NCBI GenBank assembly: GCA_026710055.1
Contig: JAPORV010000439.1
Coordinates: 1-61,903, forward strand
From: Aestuariivita sp.
GTDB lineage: Bacteria; Pseudomonadota; Alphaproteobacteria; Rhodobacterales; Rhodobacteraceae
Direction of reading: 5' to 3'
Length of the DNA: 61,903 bases
Shown: piece by piece, positions 44,709 through 52,316 of the stretch
Layout of the letters: each line of letters opens with the position of its first letter
Position numbering within the stretch: position 1 is the first letter of the stretch
Position numbers and translations under genes: made by a program
The notes under the pieces: model-generated
Told to the model about the DNA's origin: nothing
Database searches by the model: none
What the model saw: the letters and a program-made list of their open reading frames with translations, nothing else

Positions 44709-46805
44709 GTGCAAGCGCTTGCGCTGACAGCGATCATATTGCTGATGAGCCTGCCGGCTCAAACGTTCGCACAAACCCAAGACACACTTGGTATTGATTG
44801 TGATAAACCGCGCTTAACAGAGTCCGGAAAATTAATATTTGGCGATGATGGATCGCATCGCGCTTTGTGTGAAGCCGACCGACGCACCGCACTCACGTAC
44901 GTGGGTCTCGTCACAGAGACACGCGATCGGCTTCGGCAAGCGTTAACGGTATTACCACCGCCTTTATGGGATCATTTAGCGCAACATTTGCGTACACAGA
45001 ATACACTTAATGACTGGCGTTATACAGACGCGAACATTCTCACGCAGCTGCAAACGACATCTCCCACTGTTCACGCGATCAGCAGCTATTGGGTTGACGG
45101 CATTCTTCACGACAGCACGATTGACGCATCCTGGCATCGTTTTGTGAAGGCACGCGCCTGCGGCACGGGACGGCAGGCCGTTATTCTGATTTGGCTTGAT
45201 CCAACAGTCATCAGAGATCGGTGGACACCAGGGATGGTACAGCGCACCGTCCGAGCATGGAAAGCAAAGACTGAAGCACAATACGCTTTTGACGAATCCA
45301 TTCCACGTGTTGTTACCACCGCGCGGCAGCTACAGCGGTCTGACGGCCGGCTTGAGGATATTTCCAGCGACAGTACTGTTGTGACCTGCTTTAGCGCGGT
45401 TCCCACTGGTGCATTGGCCTTCACGTTGTCACTGCGGTTTAAGACCAAATTTGGTACGATTCTGGAGGCGTGCACGGGAGCGAATGAAATCGGCGTTCGA
45501 AAATTATCCTGGATGAGACGTAATTCGGTCTACATTGTCCCACCTGATGCGATCACAGATGCTGGTGACCCACATCCTGATCGTGGTGAGCCGTTATTGG
45601 GACAAAGTGCTGCCTTACCATCTGTGAACGACTCAAATGTTGCTGACGGTGCGTTTTTAACGTCATCAAGTTGCCGACAGCCGCGAACATTGGATGCGGT
45701 TCGTACGGCGGACTGCCCTGCAACAGTGGCTGGTCAAGCTGTTCAAGGTAAGCATGTGCGGACATTTCGATTTCGGGAAGTACAGGATGATCCAGTGGAT
45801 GAGTTTCGCATTGACCTCGTGCCTGTTCGTCCCGGCACCAGCGATCTTGGTGTGATTATTCCACCTGGAGAGCCGCATGCTGTGTGGGACGAAACAACAC
45901 TTTTTTGCAATCCCGGCACAATTCCGCCCTCTGATGCTCCGCCCATCCCTGACCGCGAAGCAGATGATTGGGGATACCCTCGCTGTACGGCGGCGCATGG
46001 CGGGCGTTTTAACCTCGGTGATCGTTATGGGTATGTGCAAACGGTGACTTATCCACCAGGTTGGCCGGTTGATGAGATGGAAGTTCGTCATATTGATGAT
46101 GATTGTTTTCGGCTGGATTGGGTGACAGGAACGCAATACCGGCCGGGTCCGGCATGTCCCGCCGGGTATACAGGCGCGATTATTGAGGCACGTAATTTAC
46201 AATGGCAAGATCGCCAGTGGGCTGTTTCCGACAATGAACATAAATCGGCGTGGAACCGACGGTTGTCGGACATCTCTAACCCGACGGAAGCAGGCACGGT
46301 GTATGATGCTAGCGGGACGGGGCTTGATCGTGTTGTTCTTGTGCGCGATTGGTATGTGGTCATGACCAACTGTGCGGCACCGGTGGCCGCAAGTGACACA
46401 CAAACCCGCGACGGCGGTGCCTGTCCAGCAGGGGAGGTCGGTGCGATTACCGAAGGGCGGAGCTTTAGCTGGTACAATCCCGGCACGCCTACCCCCGCTT
46501 GCGGGACGCTTCCGGAGGCAGGGCGTCTTTTGTGCACTTCCGTCAGCGCCCAGCAATCACCTGTTCCTGTTAGCCGATCAGTGGACGCCGCGGCGGCCGC
46601 ATACGATGCTGGTCCCACCAGTACCAGCTGGTGGGATGCAGTGACACTCTCCCGTGACTGGCATGAGATCAGCAATACCTGTACGCCACCATCAGAATCG
46701 GAGGAAGGCTATACAGATAATGATAATGATGGTGTCAGCGTCGGCATTGATTCAGATGATAGTGATCCGAGTGTGGGTAATGAGAACGGAAATACTGACT
46801 ACTGA
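44709..46805 (+). CDS. Large secreted Cys-repeat protein with Asp-rich C-terminus, unknown function
   Basis: The in-frame GTG 44709 yields a signal peptide (QALALTAIILLMSLPAQTFA/QTQ). The first 126 codons of the tracked ORF (from 44331) are an antisense shadow of 44367..44654. An internal repeat occurs as ACPAGYTGAIIEARN...VRDWYVVMTNC and ACPAGEVGAITEGRS...SRDWHEISNTC. The C-terminus is DNDNDGVSVGIDSDDSD. Confidence 0.55.
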   Translation: MQALALTAIILLMSLPAQTFAQTQDTLGIDCDKPRLTESGKLIFGDDGSHRALCEADRRTALTYVGLVTETRDRLRQALTVLPPPLWDHLAQHLRTQNTLNDWRYTDANILTQLQTTSPTVHAISSYWVDGILHDSTIDASWHRFVKARACGTGRQAVILIWLDPTVIRDRWTPGMVQRTVRAWKAKTEAQYAFDESIPRVVTTARQLQRSDGRLEDISSDSTVVTCFSAVPTGALAFTLSLRFKTKFGTILEACTGANEIGVRKLSWMRRNSVYIVPPDAITDAGDPHPDRGEPLLGQSAALPSVNDSNVADGAFLTSSSCRQPRTLDAVRTADCPATVAGQAVQGKHVRTFRFREVQDDPVDEFRIDLVPVRPGTSDLGVIIPPGEPHAVWDETTLFCNPGTIPPSDAPPIPDREADDWGYPRCTAAHGGRFNLGDRYGYVQTVTYPPGWPVDEMEVRHIDDDCFRLDWVTGTQYRPGPACPAGYTGAIIEARNLQWQDRQWAVSDNEHKSAWNRRLSDISNPTEAGTVYDASGTGLDRVVLVRDWYVVMTNCAAPVAASDTQTRDGGACPAGEVGAITEGRSFSWYNPGTPTPACGTLPEAGRLLCTSVSAQQSPVPVSRSVDAAAAAYDAGPTSTSWWDAVTLSRDWHEISNTCTPPSESEEGYTDNDNDGVSVGIDSDDSDPSVGNENGNTDY

Positions 46806-46862
46806 AGCTGATCGGAGATGATAGCGTGATGGCGGTTTAATTGTAATTGGTGGAGATTTGTT

Positions 46863-47648
46863 ATGTGGTTATTTGTGCAAATGGCAATTATTTTGGCCAT
46901 GGTCGCGTCACCGACGTTGGCTCATGAAGAGTTCACGCCGCTCCCGATTGATGTTGAATCGGCCATTGTTCCCATGAGTAATAAAGAGGTGAATGACTAC
47001 CCGCCCTACCGGCATCCTCCAGTTAACATTCTGTCAAAAGACCAACCCGTTTTGTTTAGGAATGCCGTTTTTGTGAATGACCGGAGCCGCTATGATTTTT
47101 TAAAGAACTATCCCGCTCATACGCTTGAAATTGTTGTGTTTCGCGCAAACGGTTTTTTCGTGTCGTGTACACCGGATCGTAAAACCAACTATCGTGGTAA
47201 GTACGCGATTGGAAACCGCCGCTACTTTTTTGCTGAGATTCGACACACCACACACTGGTATCCCGCAATGACGTTTAAACGTCAAGTCTACGGCATCCGT
47301 GAAGGTCTTTTCCCTCTATATGATGGTGAATCAGGTAGACTCTTACAATGGCGTAAGAAACCGCGTCGTTCTGAATCTCATTTATACTATCCGAGTAAGG
47401 CAGGCCATTTGCAGTACGATATTCCTCGCGCTGTCTACGACCTTTGTCCGGACTTTCCGAGCGCGGATGAACTCGGCCTTGAAATTAATGAAGCGCAAAC
47501 GGCGAACACGTACTACGACCTCATTGCGCAACATCCCGGCAATCGTATCTTGCGTCCGGATTTAGTGACACCGAATGCGCACAAATATGGTGGCCCGAAT
47601 GGTTCTGAACCACAACCGTCACAAAACGATAGCGTTAATTCAAAGTAA
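46863..47648 (+). CDS. Secreted hypothetical protein
   Basis: 261 aa with a signal peptide (MWLFVQMAIILAMVASPTLA/HEE). No motif was recognised. Confidence 0.55.
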   Translation: MWLFVQMAIILAMVASPTLAHEEFTPLPIDVESAIVPMSNKEVNDYPPYRHPPVNILSKDQPVLFRNAVFVNDRSRYDFLKNYPAHTLEIVVFRANGFFVSCTPDRKTNYRGKYAIGNRRYFFAEIRHTTHWYPAMTFKRQVYGIREGLFPLYDGESGRLLQWRKKPRRSESHLYYPSKAGHLQYDIPRAVYDLCPDFPSADELGLEINEAQTANTYYDLIAQHPGNRILRPDLVTPNAHKYGGPNGSEPQPSQNDSVNSK

Positions 47649-47686
47649 GGGTGATGGAGATGCGTGGGTTTCAGCGAACGAAGGGA

Positions 47687-47911
47687 TTATCCCAGCAACG
47701 TGAACACGAGGGTAAACATGCTGATCACGTAGGCAAGAAGGCCGGTCAAAACAAAGTTGGTGTGCCGCCTGAAGATGGCTTTTATTTCCGAGCGCAAAAG
47801 GATTTGGCGGGTATCAATCTTGGCGTCTATTTTCTTATCGAGTGTATCTTCAAAGCCGGCATCGCGAAGTCTTTGAAATTCTCGGTGTGTATCAAAAGCT
47901 GTATCGGCCAT
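47687..47911 (-). CDS. DUF1640-like tail-anchored protein (family A, short copy)
   Basis: The likely start is MADTAFDTHREFQRLRDAGFED (ATG 47911), and a C-terminal TM segment is present. A conserved GGCTTGCGC-N17-TAGGTA promoter-like element lies upstream. Confidence 0.6.
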   Translation of the reverse strand: MADTAFDTHREFQRLRDAGFEDTLDKKIDAKIDTRQILLRSEIKAIFRRHTNFVLTGLLAYVISMFTLVFTLLG

Positions 47912-48085
47912 TCTGTACCCCAATATATTTCTTATACCTATCTTAACATTGTGCAATGCGCAAGCCGCCTGTTCAGCGGAAATACGCTCTCACGTGTGAG
48001 TGTTCTCTCTTGTGAGAAAAGAAGGAAAAGAAGTGGTCTATTGACGACAAAGTCAGGTCATCAAGACATTTATTGGCGTGATACG

Positions 48086-48331
48086 TTAAGACGGAACGCT
48101 GATCAAGACAGCGAGGATGCCCGTACAGACCGCAAACAACGCAATCATCATAGCAATCATGCGTGTTTCACGTTTTGCGGCGTCGGCATCCCGTTTTGCC
48201 GCTTCGATATCACGCTTTGCCGCATCTTCTTTCATGCTGCTCATTTTAACTTCGATATCTGTACGAAGGCGTTCAAAAGCAGCATTCATTCGCTCAAGCG
48301 CTGTTTCCGTTTGAGCATGATTGGTCTTCAT
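48086..48331 (-). CDS. Tail-anchored coiled-coil protein (family B, copy 2)
   Basis: 81 aa from the internal ATG. It contains TETALERMNAAFERLRTDIEVKMSSMKEDAAKRD plus a C-terminal TM segment. The 20 upstream in-frame codons (INNTPDTRELEKRIAVLEER) are family-conserved but begin with ATA (48389..48391), not ATG. Confidence 0.6.
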   Translation of the reverse strand: MKTNHAQTETALERMNAAFERLRTDIEVKMSSMKEDAAKRDIEAAKRDADAAKRETRMIAMMIALFAVCTGILAVLISVPS

Positions 48332-48505
48332 ACGTTCCTCCAGTACGGCAATTCGTTTCTCAAGCTCGCGAGTGTCCGGCGTGTTATTTATGCGTGTATT
48401 GTATCACTAGAATCACTTTTTGTCAAACGACGCTCACGTCTGACCGATCGGTGTTACCACGCATTACGCGCGAGCGTTCTGGTCACATCGTTGACGTCGG
48501 CAACC

Positions 48506-49072
48506 ATGGTGCTTTCCGCACCAGTACCAGCGCCTAACAGCGCAGAAGCGTGGCTTGATCAGGTCGAACGCACGTTTGTGCAATCCAGCGGTCACGAAAT
48601 CACAATTAACTTTAATGGTGATACGAAGACAGGCATCTTCTATGCCCCTTTAGCACAGTTTTGGGTGCTGAATGGTCACGATGTTTCAGAGGTGGCTTAT
48701 TTGCATCGACGCGAAGGCACTTTACAGTTTCGCTTTCCGGATATGTTCTGGGTGGTCGCAAAAGGGCAATTTTCGGCTGCGGTTTCAGAGGCAAGCGCCT
48801 CACCGTCTGCATTAGCGTTATTTCACGACAAGCTACTGACACAACCACTGGTCGCGGAATTAGCTGGCATACCGGTGGGGAGTCTGTTTCACCCACCTTT
48901 GTTGGGGTCGTCCACAGGTCTTATTCAAATACCGCAGGAAACTCCTTCAGCTCAAAGAGCCATGATCTGGACGAGTTCTGGAGATAAGATTCATATTACA
49001 CGACGGGATGGCGTGATGGTGACGTTGCACTGGACGGTCGTGGACGCTGCGTTGACGGAGGAGGATCAATGA
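48506..49072 (+). CDS. Hypothetical protein (pil-cluster, unknown)
   Basis: This is the C-terminal 188 codons of the tracked ORF 47651..49072. The upstream part of that ORF is an antisense shadow of two minus-strand genes. ATG 48506 is the first start after them. The stop overlaps the next tracked ORF (ATGA at 49069). Confidence 0.4.
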   Translation: MVLSAPVPAPNSAEAWLDQVERTFVQSSGHEITINFNGDTKTGIFYAPLAQFWVLNGHDVSEVAYLHRREGTLQFRFPDMFWVVAKGQFSAAVSEASASPSALALFHDKLLTQPLVAELAGIPVGSLFHPPLLGSSTGLIQIPQETPSAQRAMIWTSSGDKIHITRRDGVMVTLHWTVVDAALTEEDQ

Positions 49073-49104
49073 GGGTGGGACCATATGAATATCTGGAACG
49101 AGAC

Positions 49105-49422
49105 TTAGTTCGTTCCGGGAAAAATGAACTCAAGATAGACGATGAGCACGACAGCGAGGGCAATTCTGGTTCCAATGATCCATCGTATGATTCGGGTTGC
49201 AGACTGTGCCACGTCCGCTTTCGTCGCGACCGTTTCCTTCAAGCACGCGATATCGGTCTTGGTCGCGGCCGTTTCCTTCAAGTACACGATATCCGATTTG
49301 AGGGCTTTAAATTCGCCTTTGATCGCCATTGTATGGTTTTCAATTTCGGTCTTAGTCGCTGTTTTCAATGGCTCAATATCGGTCTTCATCTTCGCAACTC
49401 TGCCCCTTCCCGCGTCAGCCAT
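49105..49422 (-). CDS. DUF1640-like tail-anchored coiled-coil protein (family A)
   Basis: The likely start is MADAGRGRVAKMKTDIE (ATG 49422). It contains an 11-residue TKTDI/ETVATKADV-type repeat and the C-terminal RWIIGTRIALAVVLIVYLEF. GGCTTGCAC-N17-TAGATA lies upstream. Confidence 0.6.
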   Translation of the reverse strand: MADAGRGRVAKMKTDIEPLKTATKTEIENHTMAIKGEFKALKSDIVYLKETAATKTDIACLKETVATKADVAQSATRIIRWIIGTRIALAVVLIVYLEFIFPGTN

Positions 49423-49497
49423 TCTGTGATTCGGTATATTTCTCATATCTATCGTGACATCATGCGATGTGCAAGCCGTCTGTTCAGTGGAAATACG

Positions 49498-49689
49498 TTA
49501 AGACGAGACGTTGATCAAGGCAGCGAGGATGCCGGTACAAACAGCAAACAAGGCAATCATGATTCCAATCAAGCGTATTTCACGTTTTGCCGTTTCTATA
49601 TCGCGCTTCGCCATGTCAGTACGAAGGCGTTCAAAGGCGGCATTCATTCGCTCAAGTGCTGTTTCGGTTTGTGCATGTTTGGCATTCAT
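49498..49689 (-). CDS. Tail-anchored coiled-coil protein (family B, copy 3, shortened)
   Basis: 63 aa from the internal ATG. It is near-identical in its N-terminal region to 48086..48331 and has the same upstream conserved codons, again starting at ATA (49747..49749). Confidence 0.55.
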   Translation of the reverse strand: MNAKHAQTETALERMNAAFERLRTDMAKRDIETAKREIRLIGIMIALFAVCTGILAALINVSS

Positions 49690-49767
49690 CCGCTCCTCCA
49701 GTACGGCAATTCGTTTCTCAAGCTCGCGGGTATCCGGCGTATCGTTTATACGTTTCTGGAAGGAGAC

Positions 49768-50322
49768 TTAGTTCGTTCCGGGGAAAATAAACTGAAAATA
49801 GACGATCAGCACGCCGGCGATGGCAATGGCGGTTCCAATGATCCATCGCGTGGTTCGGGTTTCAGACTGTGCCAGTTTTGCTTCAAGTTTGCTGAGTTCC
49901 GCTTTCGTCGCGGCCGTTTCCTTCAAGTACGCGATATCCGATTTGAGGGCTTTAAATTCGCCTTCGGTCGCCACTTTAAAGTTTTCAATTTCGGCCGTGG
50001 TCGCCACTTTAAAGTTTTCAATTTCGGCCGTGGTCGCCGCTTTAAGGCCCTCAATTTCGGCCGTAGTCACTGTCTTCAGTTGCTCGATATCGGTTTTGGT
50101 CGCCGATTTAAGGCCCTCAATTTCGGCCGTGGTCGCCATTTTCAGACTTTTAATTTCGGCCGTGGTCACTGTCTTCAGTTGCTCAATATCGGTTTTCGTC
50201 GCCACGCCCCCAATCAATACAGCATTCATGGAATGAATAATGGCTTCGGCTTTTTCGTCTTCAAAGCCGGCATCTCGGAGTCGCTGAAACTCCCGGTGGG
50301 TATCAAACGCGGTTTCGGTCAT
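49768..50322 (-). CDS. DUF1640-like tail-anchored coiled-coil protein with expanded 11-aa repeat stalk (family A)
   Basis: 184 aa. MTETAFDTHREFQRLRDAGFEDEKAEAII is the classic DUF1640 N-terminus. Seven tandem 11-aa units of the (A/V)TTAEIE-LK type follow. The C-terminal TM segment is RWIIGTAIAIAGVLIVYFQF. GGCTTGTCA-N17-TAAATT lies upstream. Confidence 0.7.
   Translation of the reverse strand: MTETAFDTHREFQRLRDAGFEDEKAEAIIHSMNAVLIGGVATKTDIEQLKTVTTAEIKSLKMATTAEIEGLKSATKTDIEQLKTVTTAEIEGLKAATTAEIENFKVATTAEIENFKVATEGEFKALKSDIAYLKETAATKAELSKLEAKLAQSETRTTRWIIGTAIAIAGVLIVYFQFIFPGTN
49966..50196. repeat. Seven tandem 33-bp repeats (coding, in frame within 49768..50322)
   Basis: Unit boundaries fall at 49966, 49999, 50032, 50065, 50098, 50131 and 50164. 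Two unit types alternate: ggtcgcc-ctttaa-g----caatttcggccgt and -gtcactgtcttcagttgctc-atatcggtttt. The first two units are identical. Confidence 0.9.
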
Positions 50323-50415
50323 AATGTGATCCAGATTTTACGGTATTTCTATTTAATTTATCGTAACATTACATCAGTGACAAGCCTTTGGCTATCACGT
50401 TCTCTCAAGACAGAC

Positions 50416-51528
50416 ATGTTTTTCGCAAGACATTGTTTTGCTGGTCACTCCCGATTCACGTTCTTACTGCATTCAACGTTTCTTGCTATTCCCGTCGCTG
50501 TCAGTTTGGGTTTCTTTTCTCCCGCTTTAACGCAACAACCAATCGGCGCGACCTTTCAAGCACGTGATGACCGGGCAACTTTAGGCGATTGTCCTGCACA
50601 ACTCTTGCGACAAGCGTGGGCAGAAATGCTCCCGTTAGAAACCGCCGCGGTCGAACGCGAGGTCTTGGCATTGTGCACTGAACGTGCCGAGACCATCGCC
50701 CAATTCCTTCGCGCTCAAGAGAAGCTCAATACAACACTTGCCTTAGCGGTGTCTCCGGATGTTTCGACGAGTGGGTCTGCGTCTGATCAGACGGTAACCC
50801 GTCTTCGGGAGGATGTCACACATCTCCAGACTCGTATTACGCGGTTGGAGGAAGGCCCGGCACAACCGGAAACTGACGCTACGCTTTCACGATTGCGTAA
50901 TGAGTTGCGAGAGGTTGAAGCCGACTTACGGAGTGCTGAATTCGCACAACAGAGTGCTGCGGCACCGCCCGTGACAAAACCAGATCGCGAAAGCGACTCA
51001 TCGCTCAGCACAGACGATGACAATGCCGCCATTACGCCACGCCGGACAGTCGATCAACCATCTCCGCCCGGGCTTGAGACGCCCGATGAAACCGATGTCC
51101 GGGTGTCTGAACCCGCATCACTGCCCCATAACACATTGCCGATTGACCCTGATTGTGCCCCACCCACACTCTCGGTCAATTATGCTGTTCGTGGGGATCG
51201 CGATTGGACAATCGTCCTTCAGGAATCTCGTGAAGTGCTCATCCGCATTCCCCGTTCTCCGGAGGGAGGCAGCGACGACCCGATATCCGAAACAGAGGCG
51301 ACGTTTGATGCTGTTTGTCAACCTGAGGTCGATCCGCCCCTTCATGTGACTTTAAACGATGTGCTCCCGAGCGGTTTGATCGTGCAGAGCGTCACATCAG
51401 CCGGTGTGGAAATTCGCGATCCTGATAATGATGCTGTGGAAATATACCCGTTTGCGACAGACAGCTCGCCTGGTGATCTGCGGTGGGATGTTTACAACGT
51501 GCCCACCGTTTGGGAGGGCGGCGAATGA
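50416..51528 (+). CDS. PilP-like pilus biogenesis protein (signal peptide, coiled coil, Pro-rich linker, C-terminal beta-rich domain)
   Basis: ATG 50416 is the first start after the antisense-shadow part of the tracked ORF 49069..51528. A signal-like segment (FLLHSTFLAIPVAVSLGFFSPALT) is present. The position before the ATPase gene matches pilP in R64/PAPI-1 loci. Assignment to the PilP family is weak. Confidence 0.4.
   Translation: MFFARHCFAGHSRFTFLLHSTFLAIPVAVSLGFFSPALTQQPIGATFQARDDRATLGDCPAQLLRQAWAEMLPLETAAVEREVLALCTERAETIAQFLRAQEKLNTTLALAVSPDVSTSGSASDQTVTRLREDVTHLQTRITRLEEGPAQPETDATLSRLRNELREVEADLRSAEFAQQSAAAPPVTKPDRESDSSLSTDDDNAAITPRRTVDQPSPPGLETPDETDVRVSEPASLPHNTLPIDPDCAPPTLSVNYAVRGDRDWTIVLQESREVLIRIPRSPEGGSDDPISETEATFDAVCQPEVDPPLHVTLNDVLPSGLIVQSVTSAGVEIRDPDNDAVEIYPFATDSSPGDLRWDVYNVPTVWEGGE
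51443..51501 (+). repeat. 59-bp direct repeat, copy 1 (3' end of the PilP-like gene)
   Basis: tatacccgtttgcgacagacagctcgcctggtgatctgcggtgggatgtttacaacgtg matches 52247..52305 at 55 of 59 positions. Confidence 0.9.
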
Positions 51529-51686
51529 GATACCGCTCTGCAGATCGCCCTCAACCGCTCAAATCGTCTATGAACAGGCGTGCCGTCGGCTGCACAATTG
51601 ACGCCACCGATTCTTTTGGCATGGTTGGTCGTGCGTTCCTTCAGCACGGCAAGTTGGTTTCTGAGAAATCACATGTAAGGGTAAGG

Positions 51687-52019
51687 TTACATATTAATCA
51701 TAACGGCAATGATCGCTGTCGCGGCACTAATTGTAGCAATCGTCAGGAAAATCATTCGCGTTTCAAATTTTGCAAACTCGGTATCGCGTTTCGACAGTCT
51801 CTCTTTGATATCCGTCATCTGTTTAATATTGTCGGTATCGCGTTTCGCGGCATCTTCTTTCATGCTGCTCATTTTAACTTCTATATCCGCCCGAAGGCGT
51901 TCAAAGGCAGCATTCAATCGCTCGAGCACTGTTTCAGTTTCGGCATGCTTCGTCTTCATGCGTTCCTCCAGCACGGCAAATTGTTTTGCCAATTCGTGAA
52001 GATCAGGTTCGTCATTCAT
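51687..52019 (-). CDS. Tail-anchored coiled-coil protein (family B, copy 4, full length)
   Basis: 110 aa. It contains MNDEPDLHELAKQFAVLEERMKTKHAETETVLERLNAAFERLRADIEVKMSSMKEDAAKRD and a C-terminal TM segment. It lies between the 59-bp direct repeats. Confidence 0.7.
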   Translation of the reverse strand: MNDEPDLHELAKQFAVLEERMKTKHAETETVLERLNAAFERLRADIEVKMSSMKEDAAKRDTDNIKQMTDIKERLSKRDTEFAKFETRMIFLTIATISAATAIIAVMINM

Positions 52020-52246
52020 TTTTTTAACCTAACGTGCTTACCACTAATCGTCAACTGCCCTGTCAGGTGTTGTGAGGGTCGGCCAGTCTCCCCTCTATCA
52101 TCAGAGAACTTCTGTTCATTCAATCGTAAAAGGATGTCCTATGCGTCGTGACCACTATAACGGCAAGACCCAAGACGATCAGCAGGTACGGTCATCCAGT
52201 GAACCAGCAGTGCTTCAAGGTGATAACAGACGCCATGGTTCTGAAC

Positions 52247-52305
52247 TATACCCGTTTGTGACAGACAGCTCGCCCGTTGATCTGCGGTGGGATGTTTACA
52301 ACGTG
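52247..52305 (+). repeat. 59-bp direct repeat, copy 2 (orphaned original 3' end, still ATGA-coupled to the ATPase gene)
   Basis: tatacccgtttgtgacagacagctcgcccgttgatctgcggtgggatgtttacaacgtg encodes YPFVTDSSPVDLRWDVYNV. Copy 1 encodes YPFATDSSPGDLRWDVYNV. Confidence 0.9.
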
Positions 52306-52316
52306 ACAGATGAGGG

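Noticed and set aside
49966-50196. Possible CRISPR array, considering the regular 33-bp repeats and also the recurring 16-bp palindromes at 34-35 kb.
   Set aside because: The 33-bp units are directly adjacent with no spacers and are in frame inside a protein gene. The 16-bp palindromes match the repABC parS consensus and are irregularly spaced. No cas genes are present.
47651-51528. Long + strand ORFs 47651..49072 (473 aa) and 49069..51528 (819 aa) taken at face value, together with 44331..44708 and 51483..52151.
   Set aside because: Their N-terminal parts are exact antisense shadows of the minus-strand coiled-coil genes. The translations are Arg/Phe/Cys/Gly-rich and low in complexity (FRRDRFLQARDIGLGRGRFLQ...). 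The minus-strand genes belong to recognisable paralog families, have C-terminal TM anchors and carry promoter-like elements. Only the 3' portions (from 48506, 50416 and 44709) were kept as + strand CDS.
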